This document shows, piece after piece, positions 1 to 13,495 of a stretch of 64,000 nt of DNA. A program made the translations under genes and the position numbers. The DNA lies in NCBI GenBank assembly GCA_040954595.2, contig CM082582.2:7814063-7878062 (forward strand), given 5' to 3'. Each line of letters starts with the position of its first letter. Positions within the stretch are counted from its first letter, which is position 1. This stretch comes from Balanoglossus misakiensis. Its lineage: Eukaryota; Animalia; Hemichordata. A model generated the notes under the pieces. The model worked only from the letters and a program-made list of their open reading frames with translations. It had not been told where the DNA came from and did no database searches.

Positions 1-112
1 CGGTAAATTCAAAGAGGTTATATCGAGATTGATTACAATACTAACAGTGGGGTATTACGGGTGTCGTAAGAGGATCGTCTTACACTTCACATTGCTTGCT
101 AAAGCAAGACTT

Positions 113-709
113 TTATCTACGCGTGCGTGTCCAGTCCTTCCCTTTTGCTCTCTGTCTTCGAACTGCTAGGTCAGTCAGTTCTCGTTCCATGACAATTTTT
201 GCTTTAGTCAGAGTGTCTAGTTTTTCACCAAGTACATCGCGGCGGTTTTCTATGGTCGGTCCATCAGTCGGCTTCAGTTTGTTGACTTCCGGTCCCCTTT
301 CATCTTGAGCGTACTGCAATTTAGTTCGCGTTCTTTTACTCGCAATAGAATGACTCTGTGGAGTACAGTGATCGATCTCAGAATCACCAGAATGTGAACG
401 TTTTATGGATGGCGAGGTACCGTCGAGAACGAACAATTTCACGTTGAGTGTTCCTCCCTTTTTAGATGCGTTGTCGTCAATAAGTTGTCTGAATCTGTTT
501 GTCGTCGGAAGGTCAATTCTTTGCCCTTCGTAATCCATGACTTGCAGACGAAGTGAGACCATCCTTCGCAGATACGGAGTATCACTAGTGATTCTGTTTT
601 CGAAGTCGCTATAAGACATACTGTGAAAGTCCTCGTCAGAAATGAAGACTGGCACAATCCGCGTTTGAGAATAATAGGAAAACTCAACCTTGAACATATA
701 CTCGGCCAT
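113..709 (-). other. Intronless ORF of unknown function (~198 aa from ATG 709), possibly a transposon-derived or pseudogene fragment
   Basis: Open frame MAEYMFKVEFSYY...; no family motif recognised; ends with a basic coiled-coil-like tail. Neighbouring 1-2.5 kb has broken frames. Confidence 0.3.
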
Positions 710-3405
710 GTTGAACCGACAGCGACTAAACACGTTGGATTTGCAGTATTCCCGCGAAACTTTTACCACACACAGGGCTATTAAATAAAGTCAGGGTAGC
801 GCCAATCAGTTGACTCGTTTTATTGTCTTATTTAAACAAACTGGCGAAGCATCCTACCGGGTAAGAAACCATTAATCCTGTTTGTGTTTGCCGCAAAGCA
901 TATAAACTGTACAACAACTGTAGCAAAGTTGGAATCAACTTCACAAACCAATTACACAAGTGTGATAACATTTAGATCAACATTATCGTTCGAATCCAGA
1001 TGGGAACGATAGTAAGTGTGATCGTGGCACCGTGAAAGGGTGCGTCCATGTTCAATGTCAAATTGCTGCCATGGTCACCATCGCACAGACTGTGATTGGA
1101 TTCTCCATGGTCAAATTGAAGACTGTATCTCTTAAAATTATGTTGTTTACGGTTTCTGTGATGCCAAGCGTCATCAAGGGCAAAGACGCAGTCAAGGCCA
1201 GCAGTATGGTGATTGGTGGGTGTGCCACCAGTACTGCTGAGGTTTTTGTTGTGGGTTCGAAGCCCTACAAGTACAAATCCTATGGTGGTACATGTACTAG
1301 CAGTTCAGGGGCTTGTCATATACATTTGTACATGGACCCAGCTGCATTTCAGTAGCTCTAGGTTTTGCCTGTTGGTTTCTATATTGGACGTCTGGTTTTG
1401 CCGTCCAACACAAACCAACAGGCAAACCTAGAGCCACTGAACTATATTATAATACACTGCACCCCAGATGCGCCCAACCCCAGAGCCTGCGACACATATC
1501 CCATTGCAAATGCAGCAATGTGTAAGCACATGTACTTAATTAATGCAGTGCTAAAAAAAACCTGCAGTTGGGGGGGGGGGGGGGGTCTGTGCAAATTTTG
1601 ATATAGTTATACCTGGGGTAGTAGGGGGCATTTCAACAGATGAGCTATATGGATACAACTTGCAACTGGGTCCACTTTTCATACAGTAGTATTTGGGGTA
1701 TCTTGTATAAAAGTGGTCAGATTCAGCTTCCCCCCCTTATTTGTATGGAAGATACAGATCATGACAGTGATATAAACATTTAGAACAGATACAGTATAGA
1801 TAAAGTGTTCTTTTCCAGTTAGTTGATACTGGGATAACATTGGGTCGACCCAGTTACATGCGTTAGTAATTACATTCTTCGCCGGGCTTTATAGGACATA
1901 TTGGTGTCAAAGGTTTCTAAACAGCAATGTTATTAACCAGTCATGACTTGCAAAAACAGGTTTGAAAGATCACACTGCCAAGCCCGGTAGGTTTATCTGC
2001 AAAAGGGGCTTTGTCTATGAACAGTGCCTTTACTGTAAGCAATAACAAAAAATCACCATATGGAGGAATTTGTGATGATATGAAGTGTTATGACGCAATT
2101 AAATACTGGGTTTGACTGTGTGTGCTATTTTCTGCAGAGCCTGTATTATTTATGGATGCACTATGACTTGCACAATGATGTGGGTATCATTGTGACTTGC
2201 ACAATGATGTGGGTATCGCAGGCAGGGAGGCAGAATGACTTGCAAAAAATAAGTCAGTGGCATAAAATTTTAATTGGGCAAATTTTTCTTCACTGCAACA
2301 TACCGTAGCTTCGTCACAAGCTACTAAGTTTCACGAGCGTCGAAGGGCACGGTGTCCTGGTTTCCAACAATGAGCGCACACAGTACAGATAGCAGTGATG
2401 GAAGGGAGTTTTACTGATGTGTTTTGACAGTCCCTGGTATGTACAAGCCAATGTATAGGCCATAAAACAGGATGACTTATGAACACAAGTGCCTTGTATG
2501 GTACTGTGAATGATGGAAAACACCAAGATGTAAACACATCAGCTCCAGTAAATAATGCACAAAGGATGAAAAAAAAAGTGCCTTGTTTGTATGTCAGTGT
2601 AGGAAAAAAACAATACACATGGGTTGGAAATTCGAAAAAAATGTCGCCTCTTTTTTAATGAGGCACCCAGGCAAGAAAATATTGCTTGACTTATATAATG
2701 CTGTTAAAATTATTATTGACAAAAAGAACAGATTTGCGATTATTTTGATATTGTTTGCTTCATTGGCTCTGCACTGCAAAAGATAAAGTACAAAAATGTA
2801 GATATATACTTCCACATATGTACTCCAATGACATTGTAATTCTGATTTGTACAGTTCATTTTGTTATGAAAGAATTTTCCGGATATATCATGCATGGTCG
2901 GTAGAGGAGAGATATATAACAGTTGAAAGCAAGGTGACAAAGATAACTTTTGAAATGAGACAAAAATTATTACAATCAAACGATAGCAAATAAGCTGTCA
3001 TTACAAAACCCATTCTTTACAGAATGAGGTGATAAAATTGGATTGTTGGCTGGACATGAAATAACTTGCATTTAAGGCAGCAACTTCTAATTTTAGAATA
3101 ATTTGTGTGTAAATTGTCATTTAAATATTGATTGTCATTTTGCTATATTTATTCTATGAAATACAATTATAGTTATCAACTAAACTAGCTTGTTAGTGGT
3201 GTGGATTAATAATTTATCTATCAATTGAATGATGATATCATTAATATTTTCTGCACTGAAATGATATTCTCGTCACCGTTTTGCATGACAATGTTCCATT
3301 TGGCATTTAATTTACTGAGATGTATTCTGTTCGCAGGGTGTAGCTTGTTAAGATCGGCGTAGATCATAGAGAAGTCCTGGTCTGCAGTGGACAACATCTC
3401 ATTCT

Positions 3406-6400
3406 ATGGCCAGAATCGATAACAAATACACTGGTAACCAGGGCAACCCCAAAACGATGCACAGTGCCACCATAACCACGGATGTGGCAATTGTCGGTAA
3501 GTTGCATGTGTCCAGGCACTGACTTGCTGGGTATTGTTACGGATATTCTTACAAGTAACCTTTACGCAAATCAATACAATAGCATGAGGGGTCACCAAGC
3601 AACATAATGTGCTCCTAACAAAATGCACAAATATTTGTTAAGTGTACTGGACGGTAAATATCGTGGGAGGGCAAGTTGAAAAAAATGTTGAAGTGCGTGT
3701 CTACAGGTACAAGGTTTGATGCCATAATTGGTTTTTAATTAGCAATGCTTTCCACAATCCAGTTCACAAAATACTTAAATTTTAATACAAATATTCCAAA
3801 ATATACATAAAAAAACAATGATTAGAAAATACACATAGTTAAACGATTGTAAAAAATCTAATCATTATGTTATCACCATGTTGTACTGACAAACCAGGAT
3901 CAGCAAGTGTTTTAAAAATCAGCTATCTCTTCATCTGTGTTAGTCTTAAGCATCTGTCACAGAAGGTTTTTGAAGTAGATGCGACCATGGACTGTTGTAG
4001 GTCCATGATGTAACCTAGGGGTTGCTCAAAACTAGGACATCTTCTGACCATATTTACTTTATGTGGTAATAGTTTGATTCTAATTTAGAATGAGTGACGT
4101 GACAAATTTGCTTTACTTTCACATCAGTATTTGTTCTGTTTGTTTGGTTTTAAAAACTGGTTTTAAATCATATTTTATTTTTCTGACTGACTGAACAGCA
4201 TTTCACAGCATGCGATAGATATTCATTACTTGATATGTTGGTTGCAATCATTCCAGGCAATGGTCCATCGGGCATCAGTCTGTCCTATATTCTGTCGGGC
4301 AATTGGCCGTATTTCAACAATAACTGGCATCCCGATCCGTACCTGCTCCAGAAGTTGAAAGAAGACCCGCAGAAATCCATCGTGGAGCAGGTGAGATTGT
4401 GCTAATATTCAGATATTGAACCCTTTCACCACCATGGTTCAGCCCAAAACCATTGTTTTCTACAGTAAGGTTGGGCATGTACAGAGAACTGGGGGTGAAA
4501 GGGTTAAAATTAAATCGTCCCTCCCACGTTTTCCGCACTCTGCTTTTTGACAGTCCTTCATCTTGACATCCTTCAGTATTACCGTTACGTCACAGAACTG
4601 ACTTCAGTGCAGTCCATTCATCAGTGTCTCTGTGCCCTACAGCCTGTCAGTTTCTATGTTTGTGTTTGGCACTCAATGTTCGACAAATACTGGCATTGTT
4701 CCCCTATAAGCCCTCCCCACCTTTGTGTGGTTACCCAGGTGGTGTCTTTACCCATGTCAGTGTTTGCCATCACTATGTCGGTTTGTTAACATGGGTGCAT
4801 TCTCTTCGTCTGTCTGTCTGTGCGTCGCATGGTAGCATTCGATATGCAATCTTTGATAACTCTGCCATGGCAATTGCATGAACTTGAAACATGATAAAAC
4901 CATTTGATTGGCATGGCTGATATTTGAATGTACTTCTTATAATTTTTATAGCGCTGAGGTAAAAACTTATCATCACACTAGTGTAGTTCAGAAGTCGCAT
5001 TCTCTCATGCACCTTTTGTGAAACTCCACAGACAATCAGATCTGGAAATTCACAAATATCACACATTTTTTATGGTCCTCAGGATTTGGAGTATCTCAGT
5101 GATGGTCTTGAAGGACGTTCCTCCAATCCAGTGTCGTTGCTGTTCGATGCCCTGCATCATCCCAATGCGGACCTCGGCTGCAGTGAACCGACGACTTTAG
5201 AATGGCGGTACAACCCAGAGAAGAGGATCCCGCACGTTGTCTTGGGAAAAGGCCCTCCTGGTGGAACATGGCAGGTAAATATTCCCGAAACCATGGAAAG
5301 TTCATTCGTGTGTATTTATGGCAATTCGACAAGGACACTGGGGTGTTTGTGGAATGCCGGCATCTGTTCTAGGGAATGTAGACAGTCTGTTCCAGCAGGC
5401 ATATTTTTACATGAAAAAATGAAAAAAAAAATCACCATATGAGTTTGTCATGTAGGGCAAACTGTGTACTGAGTGAGTGAATGAGGGTCCATAGTAGTAC
5501 ACAACAAACAGACAAAACAAGGCCTTTCAACAACAACAAAAATCAGGGTTTATTTTTATAACATTGGTGCACAGCAGTTAACACAGAACTTGGTGTGAAT
5601 AAATAACTTGCTCACATTAAAAATCTGATACTGTCATACAAACATTCTCACAAGTGAGACAACATGTCTAGTACACTCACATGACTGGTTCTGTTATCAG
5701 GAAAAACAGGGCTGAGAAAGTTAATTCTGTGTTTGTTAGAGTCAATAAGTCAACTTGAGAAGATTATCCCCTGTTACATATCTGTCTCTGCCTTTTGTGT
5801 GGCTGTCACCTGACTTACTGGAGAACAAGATTACCTATCAACAGCGCTGTCATACGATCGGTGTTTACTCGCGTGTTCTCAGTTACACAACAGAGTCCAT
5901 TCCATACATTCACAACACATAATTTTATTATTTTGTTCGTTTATATGATTTTAAAAAGTGTTTATGGACTGAGAGATCATGTTTTAGTCACAGTCTTTCA
6001 ATGGATCCAAGAGTATTTGAAATATATTTGTTTTTATCATGATGTGATTAAGTGGTAGAAACCAGTGCTGCTCAGTCACATGATTTGAGAAGTTGGACCC
6101 TGGCAATAGTCACCATATATCAAGGGCTTTGAACTTTGGCCAGCGGATTAACCCACACTGAATAACTGTGATATGGGCTTTATTAAACAGCTACAATTAT
6201 TTAGTTGTATCAGCTTAATTATCACATATACATGTATCTGTTGGACTGTAAGATGGATGCCCTTTTTATTCTCAGAATATGAAGAATTCCAAGTTGACAT
6301 TGAGTCTCCGGAACTGGATGGAGATGCCGGGCTTTAGTTTTACCAAATGGCTGAAGCAAAATCACAGGTCAGATTTGCATTTCTCTAAGTTTGGTGAACC

Positions 6401-7809
6401 CTCTGCACTTTGACCCCATCATGACCTTTGCCATTCAGAAGTTTTCTCACATGTATGGTTCAAAGGGTTGAAGTCGCTAACTTTTGTCATAAGTTTGGTT
6501 GGGTTTATTTTGAGTGACAGATTTAAGATTGATACTCTTTCTACTGGTGGCTGGTTAATGAATACTGACTTAATATTCTCACTTGCATTCTCACTAATTA
6601 CTGTAAAAGAGACACCTTGTCATTTGCAGACACTCACAAAATGTACAATTGTTTATGTCCTCTGTTGGTATTGTTTTGACAGGTTTGATTTTCTGACAAT
6701 CTAAACCAGTCATTTATTGTTGATAAATGTATGTGGCTTTTTCATCTCTTTGTTGTAGCAGGCAGGAAAAAATGGATAGTGGTGATGATGATGATGATAA
6801 TGATGGTGGTGATGATGGTGATGATGATGATGAGACAAGAGCTAGTTTCAGCGATGTGTCCAAGTACTACACTGACTACATAGAGGCAGTGAACATTCAA
6901 GAGAATTTTCTGTCGCACGTTCACGTGAAATCAGTCCGACGTGTCAAAGGTCGGACGATCAACTGCGAAAGCGGGGAGACTGAATGTGTGGCGGATGCAG
7001 GCCCGGCCGGATACGAGAACCCGGCGACTCTGTTCGAGGTGATCTGCCAACAGGACGGCGAGGTGGAAGGGCAGCCGTACGACTTCAAGATCCACGCGAG
7101 GAACGTGGTCCTGGCGTCCGGGATCTCCGATCTGCCGAGCCGGCTGGAAGTGCCCGGCGAGGATCTGCCGTTCGTCGGCTCTCAGCTGCCAGAGCTGGAG
7201 CGGGCGGTGGAGAACGGGGAGATCGGCCCCGCCTCGGACCCGGTCGTGGTCGTCGGCGCGGGGCTCAGCGCCGCAGACGTGGTGCTGTACGCCCGACAGA
7301 AGGGCGTGCCCGTGGTGCAGGTCGTACGGAGGAGCGTCCACGACCCGGCCATCATACTGAAGCAGCTCCCGGCGGCCGTGTACCCTGAGTACAAGCAAGT
7401 GTACGAAATGATGAAAGGGGGCGCTGACTCCACCGACGGATTTCAGTGTTACGACAAGTGCCAGGTGAGGGAGTTTCGGCCGAACAATACGGTGGTGATC
7501 GCCGGCCCCGACAGCTGCAGGCTCATCAAGGCCTCCAAAGTCATGGTGATGATCGGCTCGCGGCCCAACCTGTCCTACCTGTGCTGCAGTGGACAGACCC
7601 TGGGCTCGAACCCGAAGCAGCCAATCACCAAGAACAACCCCATCATGATCGATCAGATGTCCAATGAGAGTGTAGTGTCGCCGGGGCTCTACGCCATGGG
7701 GGCGCTGGTCGGCAGCAACTTTGTCCGATTCCTGACCGGAGGGGCCTTGGCGATTGTGAATAATCTGGTCAGAAGTGATTTTTTGGAGAAAACTCAGGCT
7801 GAAGACTGA
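3406..7809 (+). CDS. OSGIN1/2: Oxidative stress-induced growth inhibitor family FAD-dependent oxidoreductase, ~519 aa. Exons 3406-3496, 4257-4390, 5083-5274, 6276-6367, 6759-7809
   Basis: Spliced TDVAIVGNGPSGISLSYILSG (FAD fingerprint), DLEYLSDGLEGRSSNPVSLLFDALHHPNADLG, GPPGGTWQ, VVVVGAGLSAAD, YPEY, GLYAMGALVGSNFVRF. All introns GT-AG and in phase; last acceptor is NAGNAG. Confidence 0.93.
4421..4503. mobile_element. piggyBac-like ~85 bp MITE; related copies at 51693-51777, 59167-59251, 63565-63649
   Basis: CCCTTTCACC...GGTGAAAGGG ends with TTAA (or degenerate) flanks; same internal sequence in four intronic copies. Confidence 0.65.
6775..6831 (+). repeat. (GAT/GGT)n tract encoding poly-Asp/Gly in OSGIN
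   Basis: Translates as DSGDDDDDNDGGDDGDDDD. Confidence 0.85.
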
Positions 7810-9508
7810 TGGCTTTTTTGTTCAGCCACTGTTGCATGCAATATACACAGTGGATCTATACCCAACGAGATACGTACTTGGTCAATCTGAAGTCGGAATC
7901 TGTTTTGGTGACAAACATTCTTATGAAATGTATGGCAGCATTATAAACACACGCACCTGGTACTGGTATGTAGGTAGTGACAGAGCAGTATCGTCACACT
8001 GTTGCCTTAGAAACATGTTATTCTGTCACAGTCAAAAGAAAAGTTGAAATTACCACAAGTAATCTCTGAGACCTGAGCGGATGTTTGAAATGTTGATTTG
8101 TTTAGTACGTCATTTAAAACACTAGCCACAAGTTAGTCTTACCTCAAAAATAAGCGCACAAAAAATGTTAATATTCTTTTATTGACAGCTATATTCTCAC
8201 TACCTTCAATAGTTTTTTGCTACTTAGGTGAGTGGTAAATAACTCATGAGGTTGACAGAATTTCAAGATGGTGGACTTCTGCCATATTAAATACAGGGAT
8301 CTCAGATATTACCGGTAAATTAGCATAAGTCATACTGAAACAACATGAACAAAGTTGAACAAGTTCTACGTGTGAATTAAAAAGACATAACTTTTAGACA
8401 GAGTCATGAAATACAGGGTGAAACATAATCTCTGCAAAAGTCTTACTAGTGATATGTCGACTTTTAACCCACAATGCAATTGTCACATGATATGACCCCC
8501 TAGCACAAAGTAATAGGACTATTTAATGTGGCAAAGATTTAATGTGCAAAGAATATGGCAGCCAATTGCTTTTCTCTCAGAATTTATACTCCCCTTTATT
8601 CTGTGTAAATAATGTCCTCACCGAGGGGTGATTTTGGTTAAAACCATTTTGATGGGTTTTTTAAAAGGTGTAGCTTAATTTTGGTTACCGAATATTTACA
8701 CTATTTATAATGACTTCTGGAATAGCGATCATTTTTACTGCCATGGATATTTCTTAAACCCTGAATTTATGGAGCAGTTTAAAACGAATTGGTAGTGTCT
8801 TAAGGACTGGTACAAGATGGAGAATTAGAAAGGAGCAAAATGATGTTCTATTGGAATTTATTTTTTAATAGTTTGAAGAGAAATTTTGCAAATTACGACA
8901 AACGTCTGATTATAAAACCCAAGTCTCCACTGTTGATAAGTATAATAAAAAAGACAATCATTACTAAACAGTACATATTTTTATTGACCAAACTTGGTAT
9001 GCATCCACTCTTTTCATCTCCATCACAGTAAAAACTGGTCCAAACCAAAGACCAGCGGTTGAACCTGTATGTGGTGGCGTAAAGGTATTGAAAAATTTTG
9101 CAAATCATGAACATATTTCTCAGGAAATAAAAATATACAAACAAGTTTAATGGCAATTGAATGTGAAATACATAATTTTAAAATTCCCCAAATTGAGTCT
9201 TACATTTTCTAATTTTAAGCTGTCCAAGATAAGTGTATAATTTTAATCATGTTATTAGGTGTAATAGTAATGTACATATCGTACCTGGTTTATATAGGGA
9301 CTATACATATCACATTTTCTTTGTTGAAAATGAGGGGGGGGGGTCTACTTCACTGTATAAAAAATTGTTAGTTTTTTAAAACTTTTACATCGTTGATTGA
9401 TTTTGTACTTTAATGGTTTACAGGTAATTCTTTGCAAATTGGTGTAAAACGAATCCAATAGGAAGAGATGAATTTAAAACCGTCAATTTAGACATCTCGG
9501 GGGCTTAA

Positions 9509-9726
9509 AGGGTTGTTGTCATAGAGACTGATAAGGCCGACGATCGTCTTATGCCCATGTGCATAATTTTGTGTGTACAAACATTACAAATGTTCTGCAA
9601 AAATTGCATTCAAAGCATTCAAATAGTGGACTGCCTTCGCTTCCTTCCATACTTCCATTCCTTGTATACAATTTTCGTAACCAGAGCCTCTGGTTTGACA
9701 CATGCACATAAGTTGATCGTTGCCCT
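9509..9726. mobile_element. Degenerate TTAA-flanked Kolobok-like MITE; longer copies at 18599-18953 and ~34960-35294
   Basis: TTAA|AGGG...CCCT|TTAA; shares the core GCATTCAAATAGTGGACTGCCTTCGCTTCCTTCCAT with the element at 30409-30683. Confidence 0.45.
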
Positions 9727-11119
9727 TTAAAAAGACTTGCTCTCGCTAATTTAGATTACCCAACTAATTTACAGGGCATGGGGGGTTATTGATAGATTTC
9801 CTGTAAATGTCACATTTGCTAAAGCATCTCGATAGGAAAAATTTACAAAAAAATGTATAGAATGTTTTTCTGTATATTTCACATAAGAGTACTGGAAGAA
9901 TCCACATTGCTACAAGCAATAAATTTGCAGTGGGAGACAATGTGCCATTGCTTTTTGGGACCAAGTGATTTTATGTCGAAAATTCTTGGAATTTGTCGTA
10001 TAATTGAGAAAAAAGATTAGGCATTTTTGTTCATTAAAAAAATCATTCATCCAATCCATTGAAATCGGTTCCAGCCATCAGCCTTGCATTGTCTTAGGAA
10101 TTGTGTGTCGGCAAAAATTAGCTTCATTGTCAAACATGTACCTTGGTTCATCTGTATAAATTGATTTCATTTTATTTCTACCGGTAGTGATTTTTACAAG
10201 AAAATAAATGTTTATTTTAACCAAGATGTCATCTTTGATGTCTTTTGATAATCTTTTATGTAAGGGACCTTGATGACAAGATTATCTAAGTAGATAGGAT
10301 GACACCTAAATGGAAAATGTGGTGGCCAATCAGATGTAATATTTTGTCACGGGGCTGTTCTCTCTGTCCATTGTCGACAGCTTTCGGATAGGCTGAGTGC
10401 CAACTGTCTATCAACATGATCAACAGTGTCAAAACAGAACAGCTTGGCCATACAGCTTTACTGATTGGCGGAGAGGTCCCCGAGTGTGATTAGAGAGTCC
10501 GAGATATCACGATTTGTTGATTAGCCCTACTGTGTGGCCGGAGTCTCAACTCCGGGCCGACCGCGGTATGTACGGATCAAGTGGCGCGACATGCCGATTT
10601 TTGTACGGATACTTCCGCTTAGACTTGCAAAGGAGTTTATATTTAGTCATTCGCATCATTCATTTGATCGTCGAGTGTAGTTCGTAATGGTTTGTGTTGT
10701 GTCATTAGCCGTCGTTTCAATAATAGCACAACCGCCTGTGCTACAAACTTAAATTGCCAAATGGAGAGAGAAAGGTGGGGGGGGGGGGGGGGGGTTGGAC
10801 GTTGTTTTTGTGTCAAATACGGTCAGATGACATTTGGAAACTATTTTGTCCAAAAGTGTTACACACCCAATGTTTCTCCTCATATTTTATATTGCAATTT
10901 GTAGTCCTAAGCAACAATCAAAACAGATAGCAATCTGTAGAGGCACTGTCCGGCATGCATTTTCATGTTTATACGTTACCAATGACAACCAGCTCACAAA
11001 ATTGCCCCCGTACCATAAATTAACGCACTACGGTATGCAGTACAGTCGTTTCGCGTTGCTAACGTCAATCGGTTTTTGTTGTTTGCTAGTATAAATCGCT
11101 GTTGCAAAATATCTCCGAC

Positions 11120-12614
11120 ATGGCGGCCGTGTCCATAGTGGTAGAATTGCTCCCCAAAATTGTGGAACTCGGCCATGAAATCTCCAAAATTGCAGACGAA
11201 GTGGAACGAAACAAAGAGGAGTGCAAAAAGTTGGCAGAGAGGATCACTGAGCTAACAGGCGCTAGACAACAACTTGAGGGTCTACAGGACGACGACAAGA
11301 GAAAACTTAACGACGCGCTGGTTAAATTCTACGCGTATCTGAACCAAGCTAAGGAATTCGTGTCCGAATTTCTCGTTATCGGTTGCTGCGAGTCCATCTG
11401 GAAAAGAAGCAGGCACAGATCTCGCTTTGAGGACTTCAATACTCGTCTTGATCAACTGTCGTCCGTGCTGCAGCTGGGCTTAGATATCGAGGTTAAGAAA
11501 GATGTGGGCCAAATTAAAGATCAGGTTGACGATCTCAAACAGCTTGTCAAACAAGGTGAGAAGAACCCACTACATGTATTTAGATCTGCCACAGTCGGAA
11601 TATTTATATTATGACGTAGGCCTTCCACATGGCCGGGGACCGATCATTCGATACGTCCAAAACCCTTACCTTGCGCTTTTACAATATTTATTGCCTATTC
11701 AGGTTCCATATCCGCTTTCATCTGGTCAATTCCCTTCTTTCTTTCTGTGTGCATTGTATAACCATTGACCAATAATTTGCAGGACACGGAGAAACGAAAG
11801 CTGAAATTAACAATCTTCGTGAACAGGTGGACCGTGATGCTGGACCGTCGCAAAACGATCACCAACAAAAGGTAGTGATGGCGGTAAGCTTAAATTTCGA
11901 CCGATTTTTTTTCGGTAGATAGAAATGCATAGTCTACAATAGTCAAAACGTTTTATGAACACTGAAGGTACTAAAAGAACTTTATAAGCTTTTTGGAGTG
12001 ACTGTTATACATGTACATGTTTAAAATGAACGTACACGTATGTAAGACATCGTTTATATACATGCTCTTTTTAGACACAACAGCAAGTACCTTTACCGGG
12101 AAGCTGTGATAATCATGGTAAGTTTGTTTTCACTAATAAATGGTAAATTTTGATTCTTATATTTAAGTAGGCCTTATACTGTTAGACTGAATGAATAAAG
12201 CGGGTGTTATCACAGTGATTTATTGCATATCGGCAGCGAGAGAGGTTGTATAGGTTTTTCACAATGCGAACGGAAGTAGGCCTACTAGTTTTCAAGTCGT
12301 ATACTGTATGAAACTTGGGACCACTTTCTCTTTGTGCTCCAGATCAAGACCGACCAGTGACCGACGGAGATATCAGGACCATCTCCAGAGCACTCGGAAG
12401 AGACTTGAAAAGACTTGCACAATCACTTGGGTTGAAAAGTGTCCTCATTGATACCATTGGAATTGACCATGGCCACTACGGCGTTGAAGATCAAGCCCAT
12501 CAAATGATGGTTAAGTGGCGACAGAGTCTTGGAAAGGATGCCAAATATTGCGATCTGGTTGACGCACTTGCAGATATCGAAAGACATGATATAATTGAAC
12601 AACTTTCCAACTGA
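11120..12614 (+). CDS. MLKL-type 4HB domain + death domain fusion, copy 1, 283 aa. Exons 11120-11555, 11783-11883, 12075-12117, 12343-12614
   Basis: Exon 1 has the MLKL N-terminal pattern (EVERNKEECKKLAERI...LNQAKEFVSEF...RFEDFNTRLDQLSSVLQLGL). Last exon is a death domain (LAQSLGL...YGVEDQAHQMMVKWRQSLG...LVDALADIERHDIIEQL). 436+101+43+272=852 nt, all GT-AG, in frame; no kinase exons. Confidence 0.88.
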
Positions 12615-13495
12615 GCGTCAAGTCACGTGTCTAATGTTTCTCTAGGCCTCTACTTCTATACTACGGGGACATTTACTCATTTTAAGAAATATTTACTCAA
12701 AAATCGCACAATTATACCGCCGTTTATTAATGTGATAATAACATTGCGAAAATTCAAGCTTTTGAGCACGCAAGCTCTTGTGTACGTATAAAGACACACT
12801 TGTATTTGTGTGTGTATGTTATTTCACCATTACGTTATATGATTATATTATATCATGCTACCGTCCGCCATTCTGAATGCTCAATCGTCTATCTAGGTAA
12901 TATAAAACGGATAGTTACAAAAGGGTTATATTCTATACTTGGTAACAAAAATAAAGCAATCGGCTGCTTTCTGTGAGTCAAGAAATTCTCATGTGACGGC
13001 AGGAACTCTTCTAACCATCAAAGCTTGAGCAGATCACATCCAGCTTGTCTTTCACTTCTGTGGATGGAAAAGGGGATGACAATTTTTCATGTAAATGTTC
13101 ATTATACAATAATAAGTGGATATGGAGACGTGTTCTCAAAAGAGAATTGAAATGCAAACTCAGCTATTAGAGCTGGACTAATGCCATATACATGTACACA
13201 TGAGCATCATATCAAAGACTTAAATTCTGAATATTAAAATTTGTGTACACGTGTGCCTATATAGCTCCGCAAGAAATTTCCATACAAACCATAGATACTG
13301 GATAAAACCCAAACCAAGAATGTCATAAGATTACATGATATAGTGACATGTACCCTATCAACTTGTCATTATTTTTCAAAAAATAAAATAACTCTCACTT
13401 ACAACTTTTTTTCTCACATTTTTTCATCAAGAACTGTCGTTGATGGAAAATTTATTGATTGGATCATTGCTGTAATCATTGCAGGGTACTACTTA

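Larger units (their letters stand above)
7559..13490 (+). repeat. Segmental duplication unit, copy A (matches ~33021-39090)
   Basis: Near-identical sequence from CGCGGCCCAACCTGTCCTACC (inside OSGIN last exon) through the 4HB-DD gene to the MLKL terminal exon. Confidence 0.92.

Noticed and set aside
6931-7667. Overlapping and antisense ORFs within the OSGIN last exon
   Set aside because: Shadow frames of a GC-rich coding exon.
7775-10904. Short ORFs that recur in the duplicated segments (e.g. 7775/33237, 9764/35324, 10834/36426)
   Set aside because: They recur only because of recent duplication; ends and frames differ between copies and no motifs are recognisable.
11089-11097. TATAAAT about 30 nt upstream of the 4HB-DD start codons
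   Set aside because: As a TATA box it would leave almost no 5' UTR; not supportable without TSS data.
11102-11119. TTG-initiated extension MQNISD in the ORF track (also 21146 and 36694)
   Set aside because: Non-ATG start from the ORF caller; the ATG in GACATGG has a good Kozak context.
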